NCBI GenBank assembly: GCA_002269645.1
Contig: NIVC01004560.1
Coordinates: forward strand, 1-41,941
Reading direction: 5' to 3'
DNA: 41,941 nt
Source of the DNA: Macrostomum lignano
Lineage: Eukaryota
Shown: piece after piece, positions 15,101 to 26,625 of the stretch
Numbering within the stretch: the first letter of the stretch is position 1
How the letters are laid out: each line of letters starts with the position of its first letter
Position numbers and translations under genes: made by a program
The notes under the pieces: model-generated
Told to the model about the DNA's origin: nothing
The model's input: the letters and a program-made list of their open reading frames with translations, nothing else
The model's database searches: none

Positions 15101-18100
15101 GCTCGACAGCCACTCTTACCGTGCTTTGCAGGACATCAACGACTCGCCTCCGAGGTTCGCCATTCCTGCTGGTCGAGTACTGCAGCAGGCGGAGAGTCTG
15201 CCAGTGAGATCTACCATCGTCACGTTCGACATGCTCGATGCGGACTTGCCGTCATCGAATAACTTCACATTTAGCATCAGTTCGGCTTCTAATCCCAACG
15301 GTGAGCTGAAATTAATTCTCTGTTATTATGGCAAGCTTACTGAAGCGTTATGATTTTCCGCAACTAGTGTATGACTTAATGGTGAAACGTTTGTGCCCCA
15401 AACATTTCAGAGACTTTTGCAATTGATGGAAGCAACCTCGTTCTGAACAAAGCACTGAGCAGAGTCGCAATGCCGACTCACAACCTTACGATAGTTTGCT
15501 TTGATGGAGTTTTCAGTGTTTCTGTAAGTTATCATATCCGCAGAACTTTTGTTTTGACTTTCTTTCGTGCATCTTTAATTTTTTTCATATATTTCAGACT
15601 TTTATCTTAGTAACGGTCGTTGACAGCAACAACTACGGTCCAGTATTTACCAGTGCAGTTTACGTGTTCAATGTGACTGAAAATGACCTGTCGAATGCGA
15701 CTGGACAGTTCATTGGAGTCGTGACGGCTGTGGACCGGGACACCGGACTGAACGGCCAAGTGACATACTCTGTAGCGTCGCCCAGCAACTTGAAGACTTT
15801 GTTGGCTATTGAGAAGGTGCTTTTTGGACTAAAGGGCATGTCAACTTAAGCTCATAAAATGGAGCCCGAGTAACATATGTACACAAATGATACGTCATTC
15901 TGCTCACACCAGAAAGCGGGGTTTGGCAAAAAATGAAAAATATTAGAGTTGGGAGAACAAGCAAGGGGATAATTAGGTACTCTTATGTTAACTTGAGCTC
16001 ATAGAGTAGAGTCTCTATAACTATCCCCTTGTTGTTTCTTATCTATCCAAAGTCCAATTTTTGGCAACTTTTTGCCAAACCCAGCCAGAATGACGTATCA
16101 TTTGTGTACGTAGGTTACTCTGACTCTACTTTATGAGTCTAAGTTAACAGGCCCATTTCCTTTTTCTATTCGTTTTACTGCCATATTCTACAAAGTATCA
16201 TATTTTGGTGGTTTCAGAACGGTACTGTGACCTTGGATGGAACAGTGGATCGAGAGACAAACGCCCAGCTTACTTTCTTTATCATGGCTGCAGACATGGG
16301 CGTTTCTCCGCGATATGTACGAGCTATGTTTGATGTTGAATATGATGTACTTTAATATAAAATACGTGATACTAGAAGTGATTTATTGATACTTTTTATA
16401 TTTTTAGGTGGCAATGAAGATAAAAGAAAAAATATACAATTGGTTTAGTTTTAAAAATGAACGTAAATCACGTTCACTACTGATTAATATCTATAATATA
16501 CCTTAAAATCACTATTTACATTTCACTGAAACGAAACGTCGTCTCACGAAACATCATAGCATTTGTTGCTTACGTGTAGGAAAATATTCATTGGCTTACA
16601 CATCCCCTAAGTCATTCTATTTTAAGGGACATATGCAGCCATAGGTTATAACTTTTAAATGGCCTCGTTGGATTACGATAATAAAAATATGCATCTTCAA
16701 ACTCAATCTTTTTGCTTGTTTATCCAGGGTTCAGCTGAGCTGCAACTAAACATCCTTGATGTGAACGATAATGCTCCGGAATTTACTGCAGCACAGTACA
16801 CTGGTTACGTTGCGGAGGGCTCGCCAAATGGCACGATAGTCAGTTTCGTAAGTGCTCAATATACGCTCGTATGCTGATTTTCCGAATCGTTTTCTAATAA
16901 AATCATGCTCTCAGTTTATCGAGAATGTTTTTACTAATTTCAACAGTCGCCGCCTGTGCAAATATCCGATCGCGACATTGGCAACAATGCCTACGTCGAA
17001 TTTTACCTGACCGGTCTGTCAGCGAGCCAATTCCGAATCAACCCCACCTCCGGCCAGATTGAGGTGGCGTCTGGTGCTGTGCTCGACAGAGAGACTCAGC
17101 CCGTTCTGAGCTTTGCTGTGGTTTCCAACAACACTAAAGGACAGCCAGGTTGGCTCAGCCAGACAGTTAACATAACTATCCAGCTCAACGACATCAACGA
17201 CAATGCTCCGGTGTTTTCTACATCGTATGCTTTCTCGATTCTTGAAAATGCTACCGTTATGTCAACCGTTGGCCGGGTTGAGGCCACCGACGCGGATCTG
17301 GGCGACAATGCAACAGTCATGTACGGCATCGCTGGAGGTGCCGATGGCCGATTTGAAATCCAAGTCAGCAGCGGCGAGATCCGACTGTCCGGCAGCCTGG
17401 ATCGGGAGACTAAAGATTTTTATCAACTGAACGTAACCGCAACTGATAGAGGCTCTCCGTCGAAGCAGAACTCATTGATAGTCAATATCACCGTACTAGA
17501 CGTAAACGACGTCGTCCCAAGCTTTGGCATTCCTTCGACAGACGCTGTTACCTTTACAGTGCCCGAGGAACAGTCAGTGCCGCAGACAATCGGCCGAGTC
17601 AATGCAAGCGACGCTGACCTGGGTGAAAATAGCCGATTAACCTACCTGATTGCGAATGCGTCCGTGCCATTCAACATCACGTCCGATGGAGTTGTCCAGT
17701 CAAGCGGTCTTCTTGATCGGGAGTCCATATCCCGCTACAGATTCGTGTGTACGCTAGCGACGCTGGATTCCCATCACTGACAGGCTCAACAGTTGTAGCC
17801 GTTCAACTGACGGACATCAATGACTGGAGTCCAGAGTTTTCGCAGCCAATCTACCAGACATTTACGTTGGAGAAGGCACCTATTGGCACTGTACTTGCAA
17901 TCGTGGCTGCTACTGACAAGGACATAGGCGCCAATGCAAATCTTACTTATTACCTGCAAGGGAACGGGTCCGAATACTTATCAGTTGATCCATTGACTGG
18001 ATTTGTAAGCATTAAACGTACAATAACCATAAACGAACTGCTTAGCAAGGGTTTGATATCACGGAATTCCTCATCTGGAAATGAAACGGTATACAGTCCT

Positions 18101-21100
18101 CTGGTACTACAGGTAAGTACGTTGTGAATATTTTATATGATACAAGTGGTCGGAAGTATAAATATTTAATTCAATACTGAATCCTATTTTTAGCTATTGG
18201 CATTCGACAATCCAGTTGATACAAGCAAAAAACTGAACGGCACAGCTCAACTATGGATCACTTTGACGCAGGTTTCAGACAGTTTGCCGACTTTCACTGC
18301 GGCCAGTTATTCTTTCAGCGTAAACGAAAACTCGCCAGCGGGCACCCCCGTTGGCTCTGTGTCCGCGTCGGTTGTTGGAACGTCAATAGTTGTTAAGTAC
18401 AAACTGGACACGACTAATTCGCTGTTCCAGATCGACGAATTAACTGTAAGTTTTGAACTCATTGTATCAGTATACCAATTTTCGGTTCTGAAATTCTACC
18501 ACGAACATACCTTCCTTCCAGGGCAACATCACCGTTCAAATGGGGGCTGCACTAGACAAAGAGAACACAAGTTTATCAAGTCAACTTTCTCTGACGGTAT
18601 TAGCGTTCACCGATACCGTGCCGTCAAGGCAGAGCTATGGAGCGGTAAGTAGCTTAAGACATTAATTAAAATATACCGGATTTAGGATTTTTTAAAGTAC
18701 ATGTAACTCAGTTCATTTCATCGCTCGTAATTTAATACATCTATTAAACCAAATTTTGAATATTTTCAGTGCACGGTAAGTACTCACTGTAGCAGTTCTG
18801 GAAAGGTGTCTGCTGCTATTGTATGTGCAAAACCATGCGTCCTTGAAACGTGAAAAAACTTTCCAAAACCTACACATGCTATCCTCTTATAATTGTCAGT
18901 GACTTTCTTGCAAAAAAATTTCTGTTATTGACACTCTACCAGTAGATAGGCTTAAGTACTCCACGAACTGCTTTGAAGTGGTATCTGGTCTTTCATTTAT
19001 TATACCCATTTATTTTGTCAAGTCCAAAACTTTGTCCTCGATACTTTATTAGTAACAATCAAAATATAATAAATGCTCGTATCTGCATTTAAAAATACTC
19101 AAAGCTGCATCAACTAATGAAGCAAAAAGTGAAGAGATCGAGTATATTACCAGTAGATGCCTGTATTAAAGAAAACGTCTTGTTACACGGACTTTAAGCT
19201 GTACAAAAACTAAGCCAACTACCGACTTCAATTCAAACATTTAAAGGTGCGCATCACTCTGACTGACGTCAACGACAATCAGCCGGTGTTTTCTCAGGCC
19301 AGTGGTTACTCTTTCGTTGTCGCGGAAGAGCTCACGGAGCCTGTGAGGATCGGCGCGGTCTCTGCCACCGATGCAGACTCTGGAAACAACGCGTTAATTA
19401 GCTACAGCATCGTTGGTGGCAATACAGCCGGCGTCTTTGCTCTCAACAGCACTACTGGCGAACTGACAGCCGTGTCTAGAATCGACAGAGAAGCCGTCGC
19501 CGTCTACTTGCTTCAGATTGCCGCAATCGACAATGGGAGCCCGACAAGACTCAGCTCAACAGTCTCGGCCACAGTATCCTTGACTGATGTGAACGACAAC
19601 GCGCCGGTGCTGTCTATCGGCAGTGCACTAGACTTGAACGTGACCGAGGGCTACGGTCCTGGCTACTTAGCTGCAGTTGTGACCGCCACCGATGCGGACC
19701 TCGGACTGAATGGCAGCGTCAACTTTGACCTCATTCAAACTGACGTGCCACCAATGTTTTACATCACGTCAAATGGTGAGGCTAAAATTGTTGTTTTAAA
19801 ATTTATTAGAACAAATGGATTTGCCATTTACAAAGCTTTTATGAAACGTATGGCGTTTTTCAGGAACCGGCTCTGTGCTGTTAAAAACACTGGGTACCCT
19901 GAACTATGCCTTGAGGACATCCTACCAGCTGACTATCATAGCTTACGACCTCGGCAATCCAGTTCAGTCCTCCAATGCTACAATCGAAGTTTCAGTCATC
20001 AAGTTCGACACTAACCGGCCCCGATTTACCAGCGAATTTTTCAACACAAGCATCGCGGACAATCTGCTCCGAATACGCCAATCTTCGATTTGCCAGCCGG
20101 CCCTCGGCCGTTCAACTACACAATTATAGATGGAGACTCAAACGGCGCATTTTCCATCACGAATCAAGGGAGAATATCAATCACAAAAGTGTTAGCTCCG
20201 CCGTTGCCTCGGGTCTACACGCTCAAAATTTCGGCCACGGACGAGCTGAACAACACAGCCAGTACCATCCTACAGGTGTGGCTAACGTCACCAACCACGG
20301 CGGTGTTCAATACGACTGACGTCACTTTGTCCTGGAACGAGGATCACGGCTCTGGACGCGAGCTGGTGTACGACTTCGCCACAGTGGACGAACTGCTTGG
20401 CAGAACGGTTCAATACGTTATTCAAACGTGCTCACCTATCGGCTGCGAATCCTTGTTTTCCATTGACCCAGCAACTGGTCAGTTCTACGTGATGAGCAGC
20501 CTCGACCGGGAGACCGTGAGCAAATATTCCTTTGTGATACGCGCCAATCTGCCAGGAAGTAGCGGAGGTTCATCAGGCAGGCGCCGAAGGCAGGCCATCG
20601 CTCCACCAACGACCGACACGTCATCAGTGACGTTGACAGTAACGGATGTAAACGACAATCCTCCAGTTTTTAACGTTCCTAGCCCTTTCAGAGTTGGAAT
20701 TCTCATCAACTCACCTGTAGATACGCTGGTTTACACACCAAGTGTAAGTGAATAACCAAGAAGTTGTCATTTTTACGTACGAGATCCAAGATCCCAGATC
20801 CTAGATCCCAGATCCTAGATCCCAGATCCTAGATCCCAGATCCTAGATCCCAGATCCTAGATCCCAGATCCTAGATCCCAGATCCTAGATCCCAGATCCT
20901 AGATCCCAGATCCTAGATCCCAGATCCTAGATCCCAGATCCTAGATCCCAGATCCTAGATCCCAGATCCTAGATCCCAGATCCTAGATCCCAGATCCTAG
21001 ATCCCAGATCCTAGATCCCAGATCCTAGATCCCAGATCCTAGATCCCAGATCCTAGATCCCAGATCCTAGATCCCAGATCCTAGATCCCAGATCCTAGAT

Positions 21101-24100
21101 CCCAGATCCTAGATCCCAGATCCTAGATCCCAGATCCTAGATCCCAGATCCTAGATCCCAGATCCTAGATCCCAGATCCTAGATCCCAGATCCTAGATCC
21201 CAGATCCTAGATCCCAGATCCTAGATCCCAGATCCTAGATCCCAGATCCTAGATCCCAGATCCTAGATCCCAGATCCTAGATCCCAGATCCTAGATCCCA
21301 GATCCTAGATCCCAGATCCTAGATCCCAGATCCTAGATCCCAGATCCTAGATCCCAGATCCTAGATCCCAGATCCTAGATCCCAGATCCTAGATCCCAGA
21401 TCCTAGATCCCAGATCCTAGATCCCAGATCCTAGATCCCAGATCCTAGATCCCAGATCCTAGATCCCAGATCCTAGATCCCAGATCCTAGATCCCAGATC
21501 CTAGATCCCAGATCCTAGATCCCAGATCCTAGATCCCAGATCCTAGATCCCAGATCCTAGATCCCAGATCCTAGATCCCAGATCCTAGATCCCAGATCCT
21601 AGATCCCAGATCCTAGATCCCAGATCCTAGATCCCAGATCCTAGATCCCAGATCCTAGATCCCAGATCCTAGATCCCAGATCCTAGATCCCAGATCCTAG
21701 ATCCCAGATATAACAGAAGCATACAATTATTTCATCCGTCTGCCTACAGGCAACCGACAGAGACTCGACTTCGGTGCTGACCTACTCACTGTCAAATTTG
21801 ACTGACCAGTTCTACATCAATCTGAACAGCGCAGAGCTTCGCACCCGAGCCACATTCTCGTCCTCGGCCAGCACCCCAATTGTGGGCGTCGAGGTGACGG
21901 ACGGAAAGTTCAACGCGTCGATGGTGATTGTTGTGACCTTGCTGACTAGTACTAACAGCCTGGTTTTGACTGCCGGCATAACGCCGGAGGTTTTCAACCG
22001 GTACGAATCACTGATCAAGACCAATTTGTCGGCACTGTTGGGTGTCGATTTTCGCGTTGCCAAGGTAACATCAGCCGTGTCGGGCAGCGGCGACTCGGCC
22101 AAAGTTGATCCGACAAAAACTGACGCCTACATTTACGCCTACAACCCGACAACTGGCACCCTGATCGAGCAGGCCGAACTTCGACGAATTATCGAAGCGA
22201 AACGCGCAGAAATCGCCGCATTTTTTGCACTGTTTGGCGCCAAAAGCTACGACGGAGTGCGCACTCCCGTACTGACCAGCGGTGGCGGCGTCACCAGCAC
22301 TTCGACGGGACTGACGGCGGCGGAGATTGCGCTGATTGTGCTGGCCTGTCTGATCGTCGTCGCTGCCATCATTGCCATCATTGTGCTGCTGTGCTGGCTG
22401 TCTAAAAGGATCAAGCGTCGCTGGCGTCAACTGGAAGCGGACGAAGCTGCGTCGGCAGCGGCAGCTGGCGGTGGCAGTCGGCTGTACGGCTCGCTGGCTC
22501 CGGAAGTGCTGCAGCTGCAGCGGAAAAAGCAGACGGCTACGGACGGCGGCCGAGTCAACGGCGGAGCAACCACGGGCGAGTTGGAGATCGCAGCGGAGGC
22601 GGCTCCGGCGCCATTGGCGGCGATGGAACTGGTGTCCAATCCGACCTACCAGAGGAATCCGAGCAGGCGGTACCCGCCCAGCCAGTTCGGCTCAGCCTCG
22701 GCTGTAGCAGCCGCTGCCGCCGCGGCCAATGGTGCCGAAAATTTCAACGACGATTCGCCGAGGCGTAGTACAGCGTAAGTGTTTGGGAGTGCTTTGTTGT
22801 TGTTTTTTTGGCTTGGGAAAATTTAAAAAGTACTGTACGAACTTGTACCTATCACATGTTTATCTACAAAATTCTCATGATTTATCTTTGCATCTTCAGT
22901 CGCCAATTATAAACTTTGCACTGTTTAGCCACGGGCTTTTCGAAAGTACCCTCTGGGGTTCCGAGAGTTTACATTAATTTAATGGCCTTTCAACCGTTTT
23001 TTGGTTCAACTCCTTTAAAAAGAGACGAGTATAAATTATAAACGAATTGAAAATCGATGAATTTCAATTTTTCAGGACTCACTTTCACTTCACGGAATTC
23101 TACTTCGATGATAAGTAAATACAATTCATTTGCGTTCTTTAGTGTCTTCTTTTCTGTGTTGATATGTAAGCTATATCTTTGATATTGAGTTATGCAAACC
23201 TATAAACGTTTTATTAGACGTTGACTATATACATTTTGTAGAATGCTTGCCTACTGCTTTTGCTTTCTACTGTTACATAAAAGTTAAGTAGTATGCCATA
23301 GCACATTACGACTTGATAAACTTGAAGTCCAGTTTGTCAGGTTCTGGATTGAAGTACGCAGTTCTTGTGATAATTAGTTTTTAAACCTGCACCACTAAGC
23401 CTATATTTACTGCATATAATAGTTTAGTTGTCGATGTGTTTTATCGATACCAAAGCACTCCCTGAACTCGTACCAACGCGTCTTATTACTCGTAGTAGTC
23501 AATACAAATCAGTAGCTATTAGCGCAAATTAAGCTACACTGAAATAACGCACGAAAAAAAATCCAAAAAGGTTTTCGGACAACGTGTCGGGCACTAGCCT
23601 GTCCAGGATTATGTTTGTACCTGCGGCGTACAACTCGCTCAGCGTTAGCATTGGCCTAAATGCTGAAGAGGCCACAACGTAAGGCGCTGGTCAATAGCTA
23701 GTTTTAACAAATCCTAACAATTTTTTATGCAACTGTCCTAACACTACAGGTAACAAATATCTGTATTTGCAAGCTAAAGATTTTATATCTAAAAATTGAG
23801 GCTAAATAATCTAGTAGCAGCGCACGTTTTCAAATTATCATATTCGACACTCAAGAAGCGACGAGGCTACAAACGAGTTGTTTTTGATCGACCCGTCCGA
23901 AGGAATCGATATTGGATTCACGTAAACTTTTTTTCACAGATAACTTCAGTCAGGTTTCTCTATTGGAATTTTGGGTGTAGAAAATCACTCATTGTTTAGG
24001 GTCATCAAATACCAAGATTTTAACCATTGCATGCTTTCTTAATCATCATTTTTAACGTTGAAAGTAATGTTTCTTCAGTTGGCCTCAAATGAACCTTCTA

Positions 24101-26592
24101 AACTATTTCTCTAACTTGTTGTTTCTCCAGTTTCGCAACCTTTTGCATGCTTGTTGTACATTTTAACTCCAGTTTTTGAACGCGCATTTCAACTGCTGTC
24201 CTAAATTTGTATAACACTGTTATCAGTTGATCGTCTGCATGATAGCTGGTGGAGGCTATAAGCAACCAATCAGAATCAACCTGGGATAGAGACTTCTAGA
24301 CTAGAGAAACCACCAGTAGGGTAGGATTCTCTGCGACCAATTAAAATTTAACTGCGGTAGAGAAGTTATAGACAGGCCAATGGGGTGAATCGCTCAGCAG
24401 CCAATCAGAATCGATTTGGGATAGAGAGGTTTATGGTGGGATCTCTCGGTAGCCAATCAGTGTCAGCTTTGGGTAGATAGGTAAAGAATAGTAATAAATA
24501 GTAATAGTAAAACACAGCTGTTTACTTTAAAGCATTTTACTAACTATTCCTAACCTATTTAAAAACGAAACTCTCCAGAGACGAGGATGGCAACCCGATC
24601 ATCGTGGTTAACAATGCTGACAGCACTGACCACGAGGACGCTTGGCTAGCCGCAGCCACAAACCGGCCGGGATCGGGTCCAGCGAGTGATGATCCTCCGG
24701 CTGACGAAGTGTAAGTGTACTTTTAAACATAATCATCATCAATGTATGAATTCATTCTTATGCATGTTAAATATTGCATATGGTGTTAGGATTTTGGTAT
24801 TTACTCTGTAATGTATTGCAATAGGCTTCCCATGGTTTGTAGAGATGCAATACATAAACTTGTGACTAACACTTTAAGTGGTTGTTTGGTATGCAGCTTG
24901 AATAGGTAAAAGATTACTCGAAGGTTCCTCATATAAAATAATAAATAAAATGGTAACTGCTTTGAAGTGTTGAATGTTTAGGTGTGTGTATGAGTGAACC
25001 ACTTTTTTATTTCACTGAAGGCTTCCTATAAATAGATTTTCAATTATTTTATTTGGTGTTTATTGCTCAAAAAAAAACTTTACATGTGCATGAAACTGAT
25101 TCACCACTGATTTAAGCTCTAAAGGCTCATTCACACTGCCATAAAATCACGCGACTGACGTACAAGGAATGAAGGTTGATGTACAAGTCATGTGATCACA
25201 CGAAATTTGGTCTTCTTTGATGGCGGTGTGAACGAGCCGAGCCTATTTTCCTTTAAATTACTGTGTTGTCGATGCTTGTTTATTAAACTCAAACAACTGA
25301 TTTCACTCAAAAATAGTTATATGAAACAAAATATCACGCAGGGAAGAGCAAAGCAGTCCCACTGAGTCTGTGGAACCATTAGTCAATCAGCAATAATAGT
25401 GGAAGGTAACGCCATAGTTTAACGCCTAACTAACTGGATTTTTCGATTTATAAAGCTAACAACAACTATAACAGATTTAACGTTAAATATTTGTAGCTTC
25501 GCTTAGTTCTAACCAAAAAAATTGGATTGTCGGCTTGGGTCCATGGCTTTCCCTACAGAAAAACAGCAACTCCATGCACCTCTCGTGAGGATTTTAGGAG
25601 CTTTACAAGATCTCAGTTGCATCAGAATAGAATAAGCGGGTGGCCACACAAGGCCAGGGTGTTTAAAGTGCTCAAAATTTTGGAATTTAGACGTTAAAGT
25701 CTAAAAAATTTGAGCAAGGATGTAATTTTTGCCGGTGTTGAAAATGATATAAAGAGGTCAGCTTGCAGGAAAGAATATATATTTTTTAATTTAACGATGT
25801 TCACCTGCTCACAATATTCACTAATTGAAACGTAGCATTTTGTCAAATAACTCACTCGCGTGCCTGCTCGTGCTGCTCGTAACCTCCCTTGACGATGATA
25901 GCTCGGTGCTCCGAGGCGGTGTCAGGCTGCCGCCAATCCGACCGCACGATGGTGGTTCCAACCACCGCCGCCGTCATAACCTGCCACCATCCGCAGTCCC
26001 AGACCGGTTGTCGTCTGGCAGCGGGGCTCCAACAACCTGGGAGATGTCAGGTTTGCACCTTCGACACAAATGACAACTTAGATCTTCAGACTGTCAGATA
26101 CAGTCAAAAATTTTTTTAAAGCGAAAGGCCCATTTCACCGCCTAGAAATCTAGAATCTGCCATCTACCATAGCATTGCATACTATTAAGTTTTCTTTCTC
26201 ACTTTCGATAACTGCTTGAGCACCCCTGTTTTTTTTAATTATTTAATCACACGCTGTATCTATTGCATCATTATGATATCGCTACTTTACCAAGCACTTT
26301 TAAGCACATTTTTTTCTACTTTGCTACACTAGAAGCGAAACTAACCGCTATTTAGAGTAGTTTGTTTTTTGTTACCTTTCGACTGGATCCATAATGCAGC
26401 GCTTTACAACTTGATACCTAAAATGATAAACGCAAAACTACGAGTAATTGATTTTTCAGATATCCTCAAAAAATTATTATCTTCACCGATAAAACCACAA
26501 TCCCGCAGAGATCCATATCTGAGGCAGGTCTCGGAATCCGACACTGACGCATTTGGGCAAGATACACTGCGGAGACTACAACTACAACAACT

Positions 26593-26625
<33 letters not shown>

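Noticed and set aside
2456-15776. Whole triplication as a pure assembly artefact
   Set aside because: The three junction regions have diverged paralogous exons and different introns with private insertions, which a duplicated contig would not create. Only the degree of identity of the cores could be artefactual.
20782-21709. Telomeric repeat or coding repeat
   Set aside because: Not TTAGGG-like. The + strand reading passes through TAG stops, and it lies between a valid donor and acceptor.
858-22639. Minus-strand and off-frame ORFs over the cadherin (e.g. 858-1142, 2720-3091, 3979-4272, 9289-9654, 21812-22102, 22071-22430)
   Set aside because: Shadow frames of GC-rich cadherin exons. They are coextensive with the exons and have no independent motifs.
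21774-22778. Classical cadherin, Fat or Dachsous identity; protein ending at 22778
   Set aside because: No EGF/LamG and no catenin-binding motifs recognised. The stop overlaps a GTAAGT donor and in-phase downstream exons exist.
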